64,000 nt of DNA, taken from assembly GCA_030390025.1 (NCBI GenBank), contig CM059432.1, positions 28,088,001 through 28,152,000 of the forward strand, read 5' to 3'. The position numbers and the translations under genes are program-made. This document shows positions 63,679 to 64,000 of this stretch, piece by piece (the first letter of the stretch is position 1; every line of letters begins with the position of its first letter). The notes below the pieces were generated by a model, which worked only from the letters and a program-made list of their open reading frames with translations, ran no database searches and was not told the origin of the DNA. This DNA comes from Squalus acanthias (Eukaryota).

Positions 63679-64000
63679 CGAATATCCTGCCAATCTAGGC
63701 CCGCATATGAAGGATTATTACTTGTCTGAAGTACCGAGCACTGACAGCTCCCATGGGACTATAGCCCAACATAAGTCAGCACTTTGAAGAAAGAAGAGGA
63801 ACAATTAGGGGGGGGGAAAGGAAACTGAGATCTGCCTGCATTGAGTTAATAGGATCAAACAAGCCCAAGTCTGTTCCTTCAGTCCCAGTTCATTATTTGC
63901 TAAAAGATACAAGGTCAGTTCAGACTAACCTCCTCCCCCCCCAAAAAAAACATAAACACCGTGGTTAGACAATAACCAGGCTGATCCTCCTGCTGCTAGA

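Overview
Eukaryotic vertebrate DNA, most likely from a cartilaginous fish (shark). This is inferred from the repeat set: CR1/HER1-type LINEs, L2, Deu-domain SacSINE1-like, V-SINE/HE1-like, MetaSINE-like and LF-SINE-like SINEs, Penelope-like elements and GC-rich MITEs. Most of the window is transposon-derived, often nested, and most ORFs in the supplied track are LINE remnants or noise. The only host coding sequence I can support is two small + strand exons (CDS 55495-55558 and 56977-57076). They splice in frame to the N-terminus of Src-like adaptor SLA/SLAP (myristoylation motif plus start of SH3). The remaining SLA exons were not found and probably lie beyond the window. In human, SLA lies antisense inside a large thyroglobulin (TG) intron, so the window may also be TG intron on the - strand; I found no TG exon. 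The most striking structures are: (1) a very young Penelope-like insertion forming a 427-bp inverted repeat with a minimal hammerhead ribozyme in each arm; (2) a 34-nt templated patch copied within a full-length CR1; (3) two young V-SINE copies truncated at the same point; (4) TIR elements with 3-bp ATT target duplications; (5) several unique islands with lymphoid-type transcription-factor motif clusters. TE family names come from recalled consensus sequences rather than a search, and most TE boundaries are approximate.
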